Below are positions 33,303-46,800 of a DNA stretch of 64,000 nucleotides, piece by piece. Source of the DNA: Dudresnaya verticillata (Eukaryota); the NCBI GenBank assembly GCA_977862235.1, contig OZ374562.1:1612001-1676000 (forward strand). The letters run 5' to 3'. Under the pieces are notes generated by a model. That model ran no database searches and was not told the DNA's origin. It was given only the letters and a program-made list of their open reading frames with translations. Numbering within the stretch: position 1 is the first letter of the stretch; the number at the start of each line of letters is the position of its first letter. A program made the position numbers and the translations under genes.

Positions 33303-34340
33303 TGTTGTTCAGACACTGAGCAACATCCCCTTTTTATGCCTATCGATATTAGCTCTAGATTCTTCCAAAGCTTCTAGAAACATCTAGAATGCTCAACATC
33401 TAGAAACTGCTAAACTACATAAAACTTACAAATATAGACTAGAAAGTGTGGTATAGACGCTATCCGCGAAACGACTCCGTGGTCTACGTGAAAAAAATCG
33501 AGAAATACGAATTTCGAAGTGACTCCGTGAATGCGCACGCCACGATGGCAAACGTATTACAGTGCGCATACTGTGCGCGCGCCACGGTGGCATTCGCATT
33601 ACAGCACGCACGTGATACGAAATCGCTGACACCTCCGGACGAATCCCGAGCCGACTTCGTGATCGCGCGCGCCACGATGGCATTCGCATTACAGTGCGCA
33701 CCCGATACGAAATCGCTGACACCTTCGTGACTTTCCCGTTGTTTCCCGCGCGTAACGGCACCGGGGCCCACGAGACACGCGCACCTCCGTATGCATCGCT
33801 GGCGCACTTCGCAACCGCCATCATACGTGAGGCGACCGTTCGTTGGCACCGAGGCCGTTACGAATCATTCGAGTACGAACCGTCTCCCGCGTTGACGTGT
33901 ATTCGTGCTCACGTAGTATTACTTAGCCAGTCGTCTGGCACAACCTCCGAGGGTTTCCGGCAAGCGACTAGTGCCCGGACCTCGGAGTCTTCGGTAAACG
34001 CCTGTTTCTTCGAGTTCGGTGTCTTCGTCTTCGTGACCGCGGATACGGTCGAGCCTCGCTTTCGATAGCCCCGCGCACCCGGAGTCATCCCCGGTGATCG
34101 ATCGCTCGAGTTCTCCCTCCCGCACACGAATACGTTGACACCGTGGTCCTTCGTGTTGGTCGCTCGACTCTACCACGCTACCACCCCTTTTCGTTTCTCC
34201 GTTAGGCTACGAGGCCATTCATTAGGATCCGAGGCCATTCCTTACAGTGCGAGACTTCCCCGCGTCACCGTGGACTTCGTTTTACCACAGAAAGATCTAG
34301 AGTAGAACGTTCTAGTACATCCAGAATCATCTTCGTTACA
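33303..34340. repeat. non-coding repeat remnant (possibly LTR-derived) with internal tandem units and TCTAGA clusters
   Basis: GCCACG(A/G)TGGCATTCGCATTACAG...GATACGAAATCGCTGACACC recurs at ~33540-33725; TCTAGA cluster at 33354-33404 and another copy at 34296. Confidence 0.35.
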
Positions 34341-34483
34341 GTGGGAGAGTGCGGCACCTAATCCGCCTCTTATATCGAGAGTCATTACACAGAGCCGGAG
34401 TCTGAGAAGCAGTAGGAGTAGTGTGTAGTAAGATCCAAAAACGGTGTTGTTGAATAGTTACCATAAACTGGCACACCCCTTTT

Positions 34484-35248
34484 TGTGGTGCAACGGCAAG
34501 GAGGCCACCAAAAGGAAGCAAATCGACGGGCCAACTGTACGATCGGCCCAACCAAACGAAGACACTTGGCTAATGAAGTCGTGCCGTCGGCGCACGGACG
34601 GCGGTGAGCGCGCGCAAGTATGAAACGTGGCCACCGACTGTACACGTGGCTCACACGTGGCCACCTACGACACCTAGGCGCACCACGTGGCCCGCTGTAC
34701 ACGCATGATCTGATTTTGCGGCCAGACGCAAATCGAAATTGGATTTGGCCGCACGGTGAATCAAAAGGAAGACAGTGGAAAAATCAAGGGAAAATCTAAC
34801 TCGCAGAGCCAACCATTAACGCACAAGTACTTGGTTTAGTCTCGCAAGGGCCTCACATTGGCCCGACGCCGGAACACAAGTAGATATTTATGGCCGACCT
34901 GAGTAACCTCGGCCACTAACTGTAGAATAGCTCTAGATTAGCTCAGATAGCCGATTTTGGGCCTACTTAGCTGGCCACACACTACGGCTAAGCCGAAAAA
35001 GGTACGAAGCCGTCCCGCCAGAGGTTGGGAGTAAAGTTAACAACTGAACCCCCGACTTGGCCATTCTCCGTCCTCATCACGGATTCTGGCCACGACTTCG
35101 TCTGCGCGCTCCCGCTCTACCACGCTTGCTACCGGCGTGCAGGTCCGTTCTACGTTCTGGCCAGTTTTGGTTGAATCCGACAGGTCTTTGTGGTCTTCTT
35201 GGGGTCTCGTTTGGCTGCCGTACGCGGTGGTCCACTAGAGATACTGCA
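34484..35248 (+). repeat. 5' LTR of element A
   Basis: Direct repeat of 47032..47796, about 15 substitutions by eye. Confidence 0.95.
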
Positions 35249-35249
35249 C

Positions 35250-35267
35250 TGGTCTCCCGACCTAGAA
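35250..35267 (+). promoter_or_regulatory. primer-binding site of element A
   Basis: TGGTCTCCCGACCTAGAA, 1 nt after the 5' LTR, complementary to a tRNA-like 3' end (...GGGAGACCA). Confidence 0.85.
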
Positions 35268-35616
35268 GATCAGTTGTGATTCCGGCCGTATTGCTCCGTT
35301 AGAAGACTCGAGTAGCTGGCCGTAGTCGACGACGGCCAGTTTCTTCCTCGCTACTGTGGCGGCCAAACCCCGCAAGTTGCAGATTGCGGGTTAGTAACTA
35401 CCCGGTTCCGCAATCTGATTGTCAGTTTACTTCAACCCGCTTCTGTGGCCACAGTCTAGGTCACAGGCCAGATACCCTTCGCTTGGTTCGTTCCCAGGTT
35501 GGCCACTTTGCACACTCGCTGGTTCGTTCCCAGCACAGGGAGCTTTGCACACGGCAGTGTCCGGCCCTTGGTATAGGGACTATTAGCTCGGAATCGTCCG
35601 TTCCCACCCCTGTGTT

Positions 35617-38063
35617 TTGCACACGACAGTGTGGTTCCCAGGAAGGCCACTTTGCACGCGTCGGCTACGGGGTGGCCACGAATCGCTAGAAGTATCTGGC
35701 CAATCAGTCTCCGACGTACTTCGTCATGTATTCTTCTTCTTCACAGGCAGGCGGACAACCGCAGTCCTTACAAGACTCGGCTCCGCCTCCCTCCACGTTG
35801 GGCGCTCCCATAGGCCCACCCCTGCTCCTGGCCTGTATCCACCGCTATCGGGGCCAACACCAGCCCCTCCGGTCCCGTTATCGGCTGGCCAGTTCATTCC
35901 TCCGACAGTTGGACGAGCAGGGTCAGCTTCCACAGCAGGTGCCGTCCGTAATGAGGACCTGCCGCGGACAGCCCCACCGGTCTCGCCGTGGCGCACGCCA
36001 CCGGCGGCTACAGCGCCGCCGATGACCCCGCTGGCCGCTCCTGCCAATCTTCGTCCACCTCCAGTTGATGATGATTCCCAGCCAGAACACGACGTTTGGT
36101 TGGGCCGGCAGGAGTTCTACCAGTATAAGCGACGTACGGCCGAGTGGCAACAAGAGGTGAAGAACCAGTTTGGCGAGATGCAAGTCAAGATGTCCACCAC
36201 GGCTCTGATTAGGGACCAGCAGCTTCGCCAGGAGATACACTCCGTCATCCTAGACGGTGCACTTACGGCCATAGCAGAACGTTATGATGAGCGTCTGGAA
36301 AAGGTTGAGAAGGCCGTTTTCTCTTCCGACGGGAAGGGGAAACTCCCCGCTCCTCCTGGCCAGACAAGGTCCGAGTCCGCTCGGATAACACCGGCCAACC
36401 CACCAGTTTTGGCACCGCAGGTGGGTGAACCGGTAGCAGCAGTGCGGAAGCAACTGGATAAGTTGCAAGATGAGATAACAGCCTTGTCGCATCCTGACAA
36501 GGCTCGGCCAAAGATTCCTGGTGAAGGGGTACCACCGCAAGAGGGCAACACTCCGAACAGTGGTGCCACCCCACGGCCTGCTTTAGTTGGACCTTCGGGG
36601 CCAGTTGATGCAGGGGAACCTTCCTTGGGATATACTGGCCAGTTGGATGAAACAGGTCTTCCTGTCGCGATGATGGGGCCAATGGAACCAGGTCTAGAGC
36701 CTCTCAAGACCCTGCAAGAACCCTTCCGGCAGGTAGTGGACTACCGAACCCAGGCCTGCTGGATACTCGGCCAACGATGACTATGGAGGATGCGCGGCGC
36801 TTGTCCCGGATGACTCGCCAAATCCGGAACTTGTTCCCGCAGATGAACCCATTTGATGGCCGACGTCCGATCGAGCTCCTGTCCTTCCTCAAGGAGCTCA
36901 AGGATGCCTGTGATGGGATAAACGTCCATGAAGGGGCCGCTCTGCGTCTACTAGCCTTCTTTACGGCCGGTGATGCGAAGAGGTTCTATTCCGGCCGGAT
37001 GTCCCGTGGTATAAGGTCAGTACACTCCATCTTTCCGATGAGTGGATTTTCACAAATCAGCTGGCCACACTTAGTCCACGCTCTCATCAAGCGCTACTGT
37101 ACCGAACATGTTCTGGCCGCTGCGTTCGACAAAGTGGCAAGAAGCAAACAGAAAGATACCGAGACAGAAGCGGAATTCGCTGACCGGTTGGGGGATGCGG
37201 CGCTGTCGTGCGCCGATGTCTTCTCGTAGAATACCCTGATCAACCATTATGTGAGGGGTTTACCTTCGACCACTCGTTCGGCCGTAGCTGAGAAGCTTAT
37301 GCAGATGCGGCCGGAGGAGAAGGACTTCTCGACGGTGCGCCGAATCGCCATCGCCGAGGGGGAGACACACAGAGCCTACTTGGCTTCTGCACGTCCCAAA
37401 ACAAGGTCGGCCAGTTCTCGAAGTGCGTTGGTCATCCCTACCCTTACGGCCGAGCCTGCTTGGCAGGCGGAGCCCGAGGATATAGCGGCCAACTATGATG
37501 ATCCGTTTGACACCATACCGGTTATGGCCATTACCCCTGGCCAGAATGGTGCTCAGCAAACACCGACGATGACGCCGACAACGCCGTCACCGGCAGGGTC
37601 GGTGTCCGGGGGTAATACCCCGGACCCACTCCGGAAACCTCCGACGTTAACGTCGGATGAGCTGGCCAAAGTCGCTATCATGCTACGCAGTGACAAAAAC
37701 AGTGCCCGTTGTTGGGGCTGTCGCGAATAAGGCCATGATTTGTACAGTTGTGCGTACCTACCACTGGCCATCAGGAACTTGTTTGCCATACGTAACTTCC
37801 GCTTCCGAGATGAATTCGCTAGATGGCACCCCGAACAGTTTGCTGGCCGAGGTGGTCGAGGCTACCGCCCCGACCAACGGAATGTCTCCTTTGGGGATGG
37901 AAGGGGACGCCCTCCCCCTCAGGGAATACTCCGACGGCCACAACAATCATCTTCGAACCGTGGGAATCGGCAGGCCACGTTAGTCACTACGCAAGAACAT
38001 CCGTTGGATGAGGTGGTGGCCGATGTGGAGTCCGATAATTCTTCGTTAGCATCGGGAAACTAG
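35617..38063 (+). pseudogene. gag: gag of element A
   Basis: VVDYRT / PFDGRRPIELLSFL capsid-like segment and zinc knuckle CWGCRE*GHDLYSC; frameshift near 36750 and stops at 37229 and 37730; true start uncertain. Confidence 0.8.
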
Positions 38064-38169
38064 CCGGGCCGAGATCTTCGGTCGTGATCCCGTTGCCCTA
38101 CACGTCCCAAAACCGGCTAGTCTCGTTTCAGGTAAGTTATTTCCTTTTAGTCATTTCCATTTTTCTTCT

Positions 38170-41100
38170 TTGTTAGCCATTACATGGCGTCTGGCAACGC
38201 CAATCCAGGTTTGGTCAACCCATGATTTGACCTACCACTGCCCATTTTCATCTAACGGTCTGGTGTGGTCACCGCCCTGGAGGTCTGGCCATACTACGTC
38301 ATCATCCACCCCCACAAACAATGGGGGTTCTTTGCCAAAGAGTGGCCGCAAATCATCGAACGACGAACAGAAAGAAGAATCCCAACTGGCCAGTGTTTCA
38401 TCACAAGGTATGGTCTGCATCCTGGGTGGGGCCAACTATACCCTTTCGGGTTCATTTGGGCTCACAATTTTCGCCTTGTTACCAGGGCCAATTGTCTTAG
38501 ACACGTGCTCGGGTTGGAACATCATCCGGTTGGATGCGTTACCTCCCAACTGGAAGGACAACGCACTTGGGTTAACGTCCCCTCCCCTTCTGGGGGACGC
38601 CAACCAACGGCCGATTCATTTTCGAGGGGCTGTTTCCTTGGTCGTACGCTTAGGCCGTCACTCATATCGAGTGCCGTTCCTTATCGCCGACCTTCGCTTC
38701 GCCGTACCCGTTTTGTTGGGTACGGCATTTCTGAACACGCACGTGGATAGAATCCAGTGCCGTGCACAGACCGTGCAATTAGTGCGCGGTGACGTCCTTC
38801 CTTTGTTACCCGACAGCACTTCGATGGCTCTGGGGGCAGAGCCAACCGCTGCGAAGGGGGCCCCGCCTCCGGGTAATTCCAATTCGGCCAGTGTGGAACG
38901 CAAGACCCCGCGACACTACGCGGCCACTGCACGCTTGACGAAAGGTCTAACCATACGGGCAGGCCAACAGGCCACCGTGTCTGTTCGCAGCGATGGCCGA
39001 GGATTATGTGTGTTGGAGCCCAAACATTCTTTGAGCTTTCGACACCATACGCGGATGGCCAATGGAGTTGCCGAAGTTCGGCCGCAGAAACCATTCCAGG
39101 TAATGCTGGCCAACTGGGGAAGAAAGGATGTCTTACTGCCAAAGGGTACCGTGGTCGGCTATGCTGTCCGCCACCCCATGGCAATCCTGACGCCACATCG
39201 ACGGAGTGTGGAGAATATGGCCAGTGTACTTGGGCTTACTCCACTTGTGGATCAGGGTAGTAGTCAAGTAGAAGTAGAAGAATCTGGCCAAGAAACAGGG
39301 GAACCTGCGGAACCGAAGGTACCCAGACAAGAGGCACAAGAATGGCGGGATAAGATCAATCTTGACCATATTCCGGACAAGAAACAACGCGAAAAGATAA
39401 TGGCCATTCTAGAGAAACACAGTGCAATGTGGGACGGTTCTCTGGGACAGATCATGGCCACCGAACATCGGATAGACTTGGAAGATGGAACACGGCCAAT
39501 AAGAGCGATGCCCTATCGGCAGGGCCCTGCGTTACGCGCGATCGCAGAGGCCGATATTAGGAAGCAGTTGGAGGCCGGAGTGATAGAGCCATCGCACGGA
39601 GAATGGGCCTCGCCAATTGTGATGGTACCGAAAAAGGACGGCACCCTTCGTTTCGGCGTCGACTACCGCCGACTCAATGCGAAGACAGTTGGTGACGCAT
39701 ACCCGCTCCCGCGCATGGACGATTGTATAGACTCCCTGGGGGATGCGGCCGTGTTTTCAACCTTGGACTGCAACTCCGGATATTGGCAAATACCAGTGGC
39801 CGAGGAGGACAAGGATAAGACGGCCTTCACCTCTCACTTGGGGACATTCAGGTACAATCGAATGCCGTTTGGCTTGAAGAACGCACCAGCCACATTTCAG
39901 CGTGCGCTTGACATAGTTCTCTCTGGCGTCCGATGGCAGATCTGCCTCATCTATCTGGACGATGTCATCGTGTTCTCCAAAAGTGTGGAGGACCACCTTG
40001 GCCATCTAGACGAGGTCTTAACCTTGTTGAAGGCGGCCGGCATTACGTTGAAGTTGAAGAAGTGTTCCTTATTTCAGGCCAAAGTAGATTATTTGGGCCA
40101 TGTAGTGACTCCCGGAAAACTAAGTATGGCCATGCAGGGTACCAAGGCAATACAAGAAGCCGAGTTTCCAGGGTCCCTGACGGAACTTCGGTCTTTCTTG
40201 GGAGCTTGCAATGTCTACCGAAGGTTCGTGGCCAAATACTCCACTATCGCACGGCCACTTACGCGCATGTTGTGCAAGGATGCCGAGCCGGACTTCGAAC
40301 GGCCAACGGAGGAAGAACTTCATAGCTTCGAGAAACTGAAGGCCGCCCTCGTCTCGCCGCCGATTCTGGCCTTACCTAGATACGGCCGGCCATACGTGAT
40401 TGAGACCGATGCCAGCGCATATCAGATTGGATGCGTTCTGCTCCAAGAACAAGAGGACGAGTCGTACCATCCCGTAGGATATTGGTCTCGTTCCCTAACG
40501 TCGGCCGAGAAGAATTATTCGGCCACTGGGCGCGAATGTTTGTCTGTGGTGTGGGCCATTACATCACTACGGCCATATGTTGAAGGTACCAAGTTCACAG
40601 TCCGTACGGATCATGATGCCCTCCGTTGGTTGATGTCGCTCACTGATTCGTCTGGCCGTCTTACAAGATGGAGATTACGTCTGGCCGAGTTCGACTTTGT
40701 GATTGAGTATAACCCGGGCCGTAAGAACCAAGTACCCGATGCCTTGTCCCGCTTGGTGGCCCCGCAAGAGCGCGGAGACGCACGGCCAATAGATGATACT
40801 GTACCTGTATTGGACGGTACCCCCTCTATTCTCACGACCACGCGGGCCCGGAGAAATCGAGAAACTAATATGGCCGACAGGAGGGAAAGAGATGATGGAG
40901 TCGACGCATGGGAAGAGGAACATTTGATGGCCGACTATACGGTTAATGGCCGAGCGGAAGTCTTCAGTCGTGCACAAATGGAAGTGAAGACAGCAGAGAC
41001 TCTCCCAACACCAGTAACACAGACTGAAATAATAGAAGGCCAGAAAAACGATGACTTCTTCCAGACCATTCTCGCCACGCGAGCTGGCCTGGGACGACCC

Positions 41101-42491
41101 AAGAAACCTCTCTTCTTCGAAGGGGTCGATGGGGTCCTCTACAGACGTTGTCCAACAGATGGCCAGAAACAAATGGTGCTTCCAGCCTCGTTGCATGGCC
41201 GCATTCTTCGGTTGTGTCACCATACCGTTCTGGCAGGTCACCCTGGCCAGAATCGAATGTATCAGACTCTTCGACGGACATACTATTGGCCACACATGGC
41301 CGCTGATTGCCTAGCAACAGTTCGGAACTTTGGCCATTGCGCGAAGAACCGGATTCGTCGCCTCCGACATACATCGAAGTTACAGCTGTTCCCGGCCAGT
41401 CAACCATTAGAGAGTGTGGCCATGGATCTTCTCGGGCCGCTCCCCAGGACTAAGAAGGGGTTCGAGCACATATTAGTCATTACATGCCGCTTCTCGAAGC
41501 TGACTCAGGTGGTGCCGTTGACAAAGATAACCGCCTATAATGTGGCCACGGCGTTCTGCGTTCACTGGATTTTCAAGTACGGCGCACCAAAGACAGTTCT
41601 TACCGATAACGGAGGGCAGTTTGCGGCCAAGTTCTTCCAGGCAGTCTGCCGGCAATTACAGGTGGCCAACATCTTCACAACAACATATCATCCATAAACA
41701 AATGGCCAAGTGGAAAGGTACAATCGAACACTGGCCGCAATGCTGAGGAGCTACGTGAAAGAACACCAGACTGACTGGGATGAATACGCTGCGGCATTGA
41801 CGTATGCTTATAATTGCCATATACATCACTCGACTGGAACCACGCCGTTTGACTTGGTTCTCAGTCGGCCGCCGAGCTCATTCTCACTTGAGGCTACGTT
41901 AAACCGGCCAAAGCCAACAGGGACTGTGAAAGAAGCGTTCTTGCGCCGATTATCAGAGGCCGTGGATAAAGCTTCGGCTAGTTTAACTCGCACACAAGCG
42001 CGCTACAAGAAGGACTTTGACCGCTCGGTTAGGACGGGTAATAAGATGCTGGCCGCTGGGGGGTTTGTCTTCTTGGACAACCCAGAAAAACAGCCAAAGA
42101 AACTAGAGCATCATGCCCAGGGGCCGTACAAAATTTAAGCAACGATGGCCGTACGTTCGTCATCGACAGAGCTGGCCAACTAGAGCGTGTTAGCTCGGAC
42201 CGAGTAGTAGCCGCGCCCAGGCCACAGGGGCAACCGATGGCTACGGAGACAATGGCCAGCGCCGCATTGGGAACCCTTCCGGAAGGAGTCGCTGCGTCGG
42301 CCGAGGAATATGTCATTGATAAGCTCACGGATATGCGCGAGGATTCAACTGGCCAGCGATGGTTTCAGGTCAAGTGGTATGGGTATAATGGCCGAACGTG
42401 GGAACCCGAGGCTCTTCTGCCAGCCACGTTGGTATCCCGCTTCTTCGCGCGCATGAAGCGCCGAGCTACGCCGGGCCAAAACAGTTCGTAA
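38170..42491 (+). pseudogene. pol: pol of element A (PR-RT-RNaseH-IN-chromodomain)
   Basis: VLDTCSG protease, YLDD RT, IETDAS RNase H, DLLGP/TDNG integrase, stop in YHP*TNG (41697), frameshift near 42135, EYVIDK...VKWYGY...TWEP chromodomain. Confidence 0.92.
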
Positions 42492-43346
42492 GGTCAACAT
42501 CGACATGATCAGGGGAGTCGAGCGAGAGGAGTCAGAGTCTCGCCAAAAACTTGTGAAGACGGAGGTGAAGGGTGGTTGTGGACGGAGGAAGGAGATGCTG
42601 GGTGACAAAATACCCCGGCTGGAACCCCATCACCAAAAACACGACGGCGGTGTTTAGGGTTAACCCAGAATAATGTAAGCTGGCCAATCATGTGTGAGAA
42701 AGTCGTGGCCAGCAAATCTCCCGGTGTACGCCGAAATTCAGTGGATGTGAATGGACGGTAGAAACTACCTCATCTTTTGTTGCCTTTTCCAGGTAACTCT
42801 AATTCCCACGCGTCGTGCTCCCGAGCGGGGGTTTGCGCAGAGTGAGAGAACAAGGGAAACGATGATAGCCCCTACCGACAACGAGAGGGAAATTGGCCAG
42901 AGAAGAAGACATGGCCGGATAAGGTGCTTGAGGCTGATGAGACGAAGACAATAGCTGGCCATTGCTCGTCCCCCGGCGCCTTGAAGAGGGTAGCCCCACA
43001 CCAAGGCCACTCTACCCCACCACTTGAACTGGCCATTTTTTGTGCTTTGACTTAACCACTAACTCCCTTAACCCCGTTTTTCCAGCTGTGCTCATGAGCA
43101 TTGGCCAGAAGCAAGACTTACGACCCGAACTAACAAAGGCCTTACGGCCCCATTAACTAGTAACTGGGCACGGCAACACACAACATTTTTGAAGGTAACC
43201 AGTGCACTTTACCTCAAGACTGGCCAGACAGACTCATTAACCCCCAAAGACAAGGGGGCCCGTCCAACCTTAAGACGCACTAACTTGGCCACCAACTTTT
43301 GATAACGCAAACACAAGACACAGGAAATCACAAGACCAACAACAAC

Positions 43347-44960
43347 TCATTGGCAAGCATAAGAGCACAAGACGAGCTGGCCAACTACTAATCCAAGACC
43401 TTGACAACTAACGACCATAGGGACTTGCGAGCGAGGAGAACCCGAAGCATAGGGCTCTCTGCGCCTTGCCTGTGAAGGCGCCTGAGGCGCTGTCGCAGGC
43501 GCACGTGGGGCCGTCGCGGGAACAGTTGGCGGCGTCACGAAGGGCGAAGTGATCGGTAGAGCTAAACTGCCAGGAACATGGCCAGGTTGAGCAACATTGG
43601 CCACAGGAGTAGGTGGAGCCGACACCACCGGACGCGTTGGCTCTGGCTGATAGTCAGCCGGTCGAGACGGCGCGCGCGGATGGCCAGAGACGTCACCAGC
43701 GTAAGACGGCGTGGGGGTTGTGGCCGGTGCCACTGAGACCCCAGGATATTGCGGCATAGTTGGAGCCGGCGCAGGCGTTGGCAGGGAGGACAAAGGAAAC
43801 TGAGGCACCTGGCCAAAGACAGACGGTGCACAAGCTGCACGCAAACTGGCCATCTGATGAAATCCACGGTTACGCTCCAAGTCAAGTAAGGCCTGTTGGT
43901 TATGAGTTTCGTCACACCAACGGTCGCGCTGCCTCTTCCATTCGAGACCTTGCTCATTGGACCTGGCCAGTGACTCCTTCGCAGCTCGCAACTCAGCCTC
44001 AATCTGATCCTTCTGACTCCTAACATTGGCCAGCCGCTCTTCGCCCCGTCCGATAACTCCTTCCACTTCATCAACATGATGACGAAGGCGGTTAAGTTCA
44101 TCGGTCTGGCCACGCTTCGTGTCGCTGAGACGGCTAAGGCTTTGGTTCAGCTGCCGTAAGACGTTGGCTAAAGACATTTGCCTAACATTGCAGCGTACAG
44201 AGAGTTCGGCCACCACATGCGGATGAGGATGCAAGATAGCGGGCCGCACGATGGAAGCGTCATTGGCCACATCAACTCCAAAGCTACTACCATGCCGAAA
44301 AGTCACTTGCTTATTCCAGTCGAAACCGCAATACTTCTCATCATGACCCGCTCGACGTTGGAACAAATGGTCGCGGTGTAGCACTGTGTCGGCCAGCTTC
44401 TCGTACAACGATACAACATCTGGCCAATACACATGGTTGAATTGATGCTGGTGCTCCTGGCTGACGGGAAGATAAGTAAGGCCTTTCACCACTTCAATCC
44501 GTCGAGTAATGGCCTGAGGAGACATCCACCACATCCTCTTCGACGCTTGCGCTTCGAAGCGGAAGAAGATACTGGCCATTATGTGCAACTCCATGACAGC
44601 GGTTTCTTGGAAGCACTCAACCCAAGTGGGTTCGTGCGCATGACGACGATACTGGCCAACAAAATAATAAGCCAGAGGGCTAAGTAGACAAGCTGCTCCC
44701 TTCGATGGCCACTCCTTCCAAAGAAAAGCGGGAACGCTAGGGAAGTATTCGACCGAGGGCCAAAACCCTTCCTGGCCACGAGTATTACCATGGTAGACAT
44801 AGCTACCACCCGTGCGATGGGCCAACCAATCTCCCGGCGCTATGATGCGACGAAGGTCGGTAATGGCCATTTTCGCGTTTCGCACGGTCGTCTGCTCCCA
44901 GCGCTCAAGCATCCACGAGTGAGGGAAGGCGTAATACCAGGTGGAAGTATGAGGGTACAC
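43347..44960 (-). CDS. antisense accessory ORF 2 of element A (Trp/aromatic-rich domain, coiled coil, Pro-rich tail)
   Basis: 537-codon open frame between pol and the 3' LTR; probably continues ORF 44962..46800 across a frameshift. Confidence 0.55.
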   Translation of the reverse strand: MYPHTSTWYYAFPHSWMLERWEQTTVRNAKMAITDLRRIIAPGDWLAHRTGGSYVYHGNTRGQEGFWPSVEYFPSVPAFLWKEWPSKGAACLLSPLAYYFVGQYRRHAHEPTWVECFQETAVMELHIMASIFFRFEAQASKRMWWMSPQAITRRIEVVKGLTYLPVSQEHQHQFNHVYWPDVVSLYEKLADTVLHRDHLFQRRAGHDEKYCGFDWNKQVTFRHGSSFGVDVANDASIVRPAILHPHPHVVAELSVRCNVRQMSLANVLRQLNQSLSRLSDTKRGQTDELNRLRHHVDEVEGVIGRGEERLANVRSQKDQIEAELRAAKESLARSNEQGLEWKRQRDRWCDETHNQQALLDLERNRGFHQMASLRAACAPSVFGQVPQFPLSSLPTPAPAPTMPQYPGVSVAPATTPTPSYAGDVSGHPRAPSRPADYQPEPTRPVVSAPPTPVANVAQPGHVPGSLALPITSPFVTPPTVPATAPRAPATAPQAPSQARRREPYASGSPRSQVPMVVSCQGLGLVVGQLVLCSYACQ

Positions 44961-44961
44961 A

Positions 44962-46800
44962 CTAGACTTGCCCTTGAATCAACCAAGCCCCGTGGACGAA
45001 CATCACGTCCTGCGCGCACAACAAGAAGGCACGGTCGCACTCAATCTCCAGAGGGATCCAATAGAGATGGCCATTGTCGTGCGACTCGCGATATTGATGC
45101 CACGCCTCCTTGAGAGGGCAACGGCTTTCCCGCACGCGAATCATGTCCAGCTTGTCACTATTGGCCACCAACTCGGTATAAGGAATATCCACTCGAGGAA
45201 GCTTTGGCCAGATGGAAGTCCCGGGCAGTCGTTCGTCCAAAACTAACTCAGGGCCATCCTGATCTTCTAGTCCCGATGGGAGGTCGGAACGGAAAGGTAC
45301 AGCAGCACGAGTGTGCGAAGCTGGTTCAAAATCCGGATGCGTCGGAACAGAGGGGCCAGCGCTTGAACTTGGGATATCCTGGCCAGCCTTGGTGATATCT
45401 AAGGTCTCTTCGCGCGGAGTAACTTCCTTTGCGCGGGGATCTTCAATCTGGCAAGATGACTTGGGCTGCACGCCTACAGAAGGTGTAGACGAAGAATGGC
45501 CAGTTTTAAGCTCATCGGCGTCAGGGAGCAAAGCCACAAACCGACGCCGATCGCCGTCAGACATGAGGTTGGCCGGTGGAATCGGTGTGGAAGCATCGAC
45601 GTCAATAACTTCGTCGCGGGATATCTGGCCAACTTCCTTAGGAGGCAACCGCTGCTTCTTCGCAGGAGGACCCTGAAAAGCGGGCTTGCCGGTGTTTAAC
45701 TTGGCCAGCTCACGCGCACGGCTCGCAACCGTCGGCATGAAAGGAGAAGGCGCCGAGCGCAGTCGTGGTGTAGATTTATTCGAAGCACTGGGTGTCACCC
45801 AACGCGATGACTTGCGTGGCACGGGAATATTGGCCAAAGCTTCTGGGACCTTCTGCTCTGGCTTATCTCCTTCCTTCTGCTCTGGCCCAACCTTCTCAAC
45901 TCTTCCAGGTAACTCTTCTTTACTGGCCAGCGGTTCTTCTCGAGCGGGCACAAACACCATGGCCGAATCAGAAGCCTCGGGTTGAGCCGAAGCTACTTCT
46001 TCGGCTGCCGCAGTAGTGGCTCGGGTAACCAGTGGACGAGAGATGGCAATAACAGCCCTCTCAACAGCGCTGGCCAACGGCGGTGGCGTCGGATTAATGG
46101 CCGTTGGCACCGAAGTGCTTGCGGCCATCGACTTCTTCGCCTCGAGACGCTTCACTTCGGCCTGTACCAACCCTTTCTCAGGCGCTTCTGCTACCTTCTG
46201 GCCAGTTTTCCTCGTCTCCTTGGCTAGCGGGCCGACGATAGAAGACGCTATCGGCTTACCCCTTTCAAGTTGGCCTGTTGCCGCCGCTGCCTCCTCCGAC
46301 GAGGATGACGCGACGATGGTCACACTGCGCACCACCTTGTCCTTCTGCGCATCAGCAAGTTTCTTCTTCAGACTGGCCAGTTGTTGCTCCTCAGCTTCGC
46401 GCCTCTTCTGACTGGCCGCTATCTCCTGCATTAACTTGTCGGTGCCAACGTCGGGCGTACCTTGCACCATGGCCGGAGTCGCGGAAGCAACAACACTCTT
46501 CTTCTGGCCAGTTGTGACGGGCTTCTCCACCGCGGTCACCTTCGCAGCGACCAGCGGATCGTTAGATGCACGACTTGGGGTCTTAGGGGCCGGGGCGGAA
46601 GATGCCCTGGGCGCCTTCATCGCACGCGGTCTCGAACTCTGGCCAGTCTTCTTGGTGGTCGCCTTCACTTTGGCCGCAACAACTTCTTCATCGCTCGACG
46701 GCGGCGTAGAGGATGAGCTGGAAGAAACGGTCGGCCGTACAGTCTTCTTCTTGGCGGATGCGGTGCGGCGCGGACGCGCTTTCGCAGGGCCACCCGCCAT
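44962..46800 (-). CDS. antisense accessory ORF 1 of element A (Lys/Ala/Ser/Pro-rich, largely low complexity)
   Basis: Part of the 650-codon ORF 44962..46914; first in-frame ATG at 46800 (MAGGPAKARPRR); NLS-like PPAKKQRL. Confidence 0.55.
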   Translation of the reverse strand: MAGGPAKARPRRTASAKKKTVRPTVSSSSSSTPPSSDEEVVAAKVKATTKKTGQSSRPRAMKAPRASSAPAPKTPSRASNDPLVAAKVTAVEKPVTTGQKKSVVASATPAMVQGTPDVGTDKLMQEIAASQKRREAEEQQLASLKKKLADAQKDKVVRSVTIVASSSSEEAAAATGQLERGKPIASSIVGPLAKETRKTGQKVAEAPEKGLVQAEVKRLEAKKSMAASTSVPTAINPTPPPLASAVERAVIAISRPLVTRATTAAAEEVASAQPEASDSAMVFVPAREEPLASKEELPGRVEKVGPEQKEGDKPEQKVPEALANIPVPRKSSRWVTPSASNKSTPRLRSAPSPFMPTVASRARELAKLNTGKPAFQGPPAKKQRLPPKEVGQISRDEVIDVDASTPIPPANLMSDGDRRRFVALLPDADELKTGHSSSTPSVGVQPKSSCQIEDPRAKEVTPREETLDITKAGQDIPSSSAGPSVPTHPDFEPASHTRAAVPFRSDLPSGLEDQDGPELVLDERLPGTSIWPKLPRVDIPYTELVANSDKLDMIRVRESRCPLKEAWHQYRESHDNGHLYWIPLEIECDRAFLLCAQDVMFVHGAWLIQGQV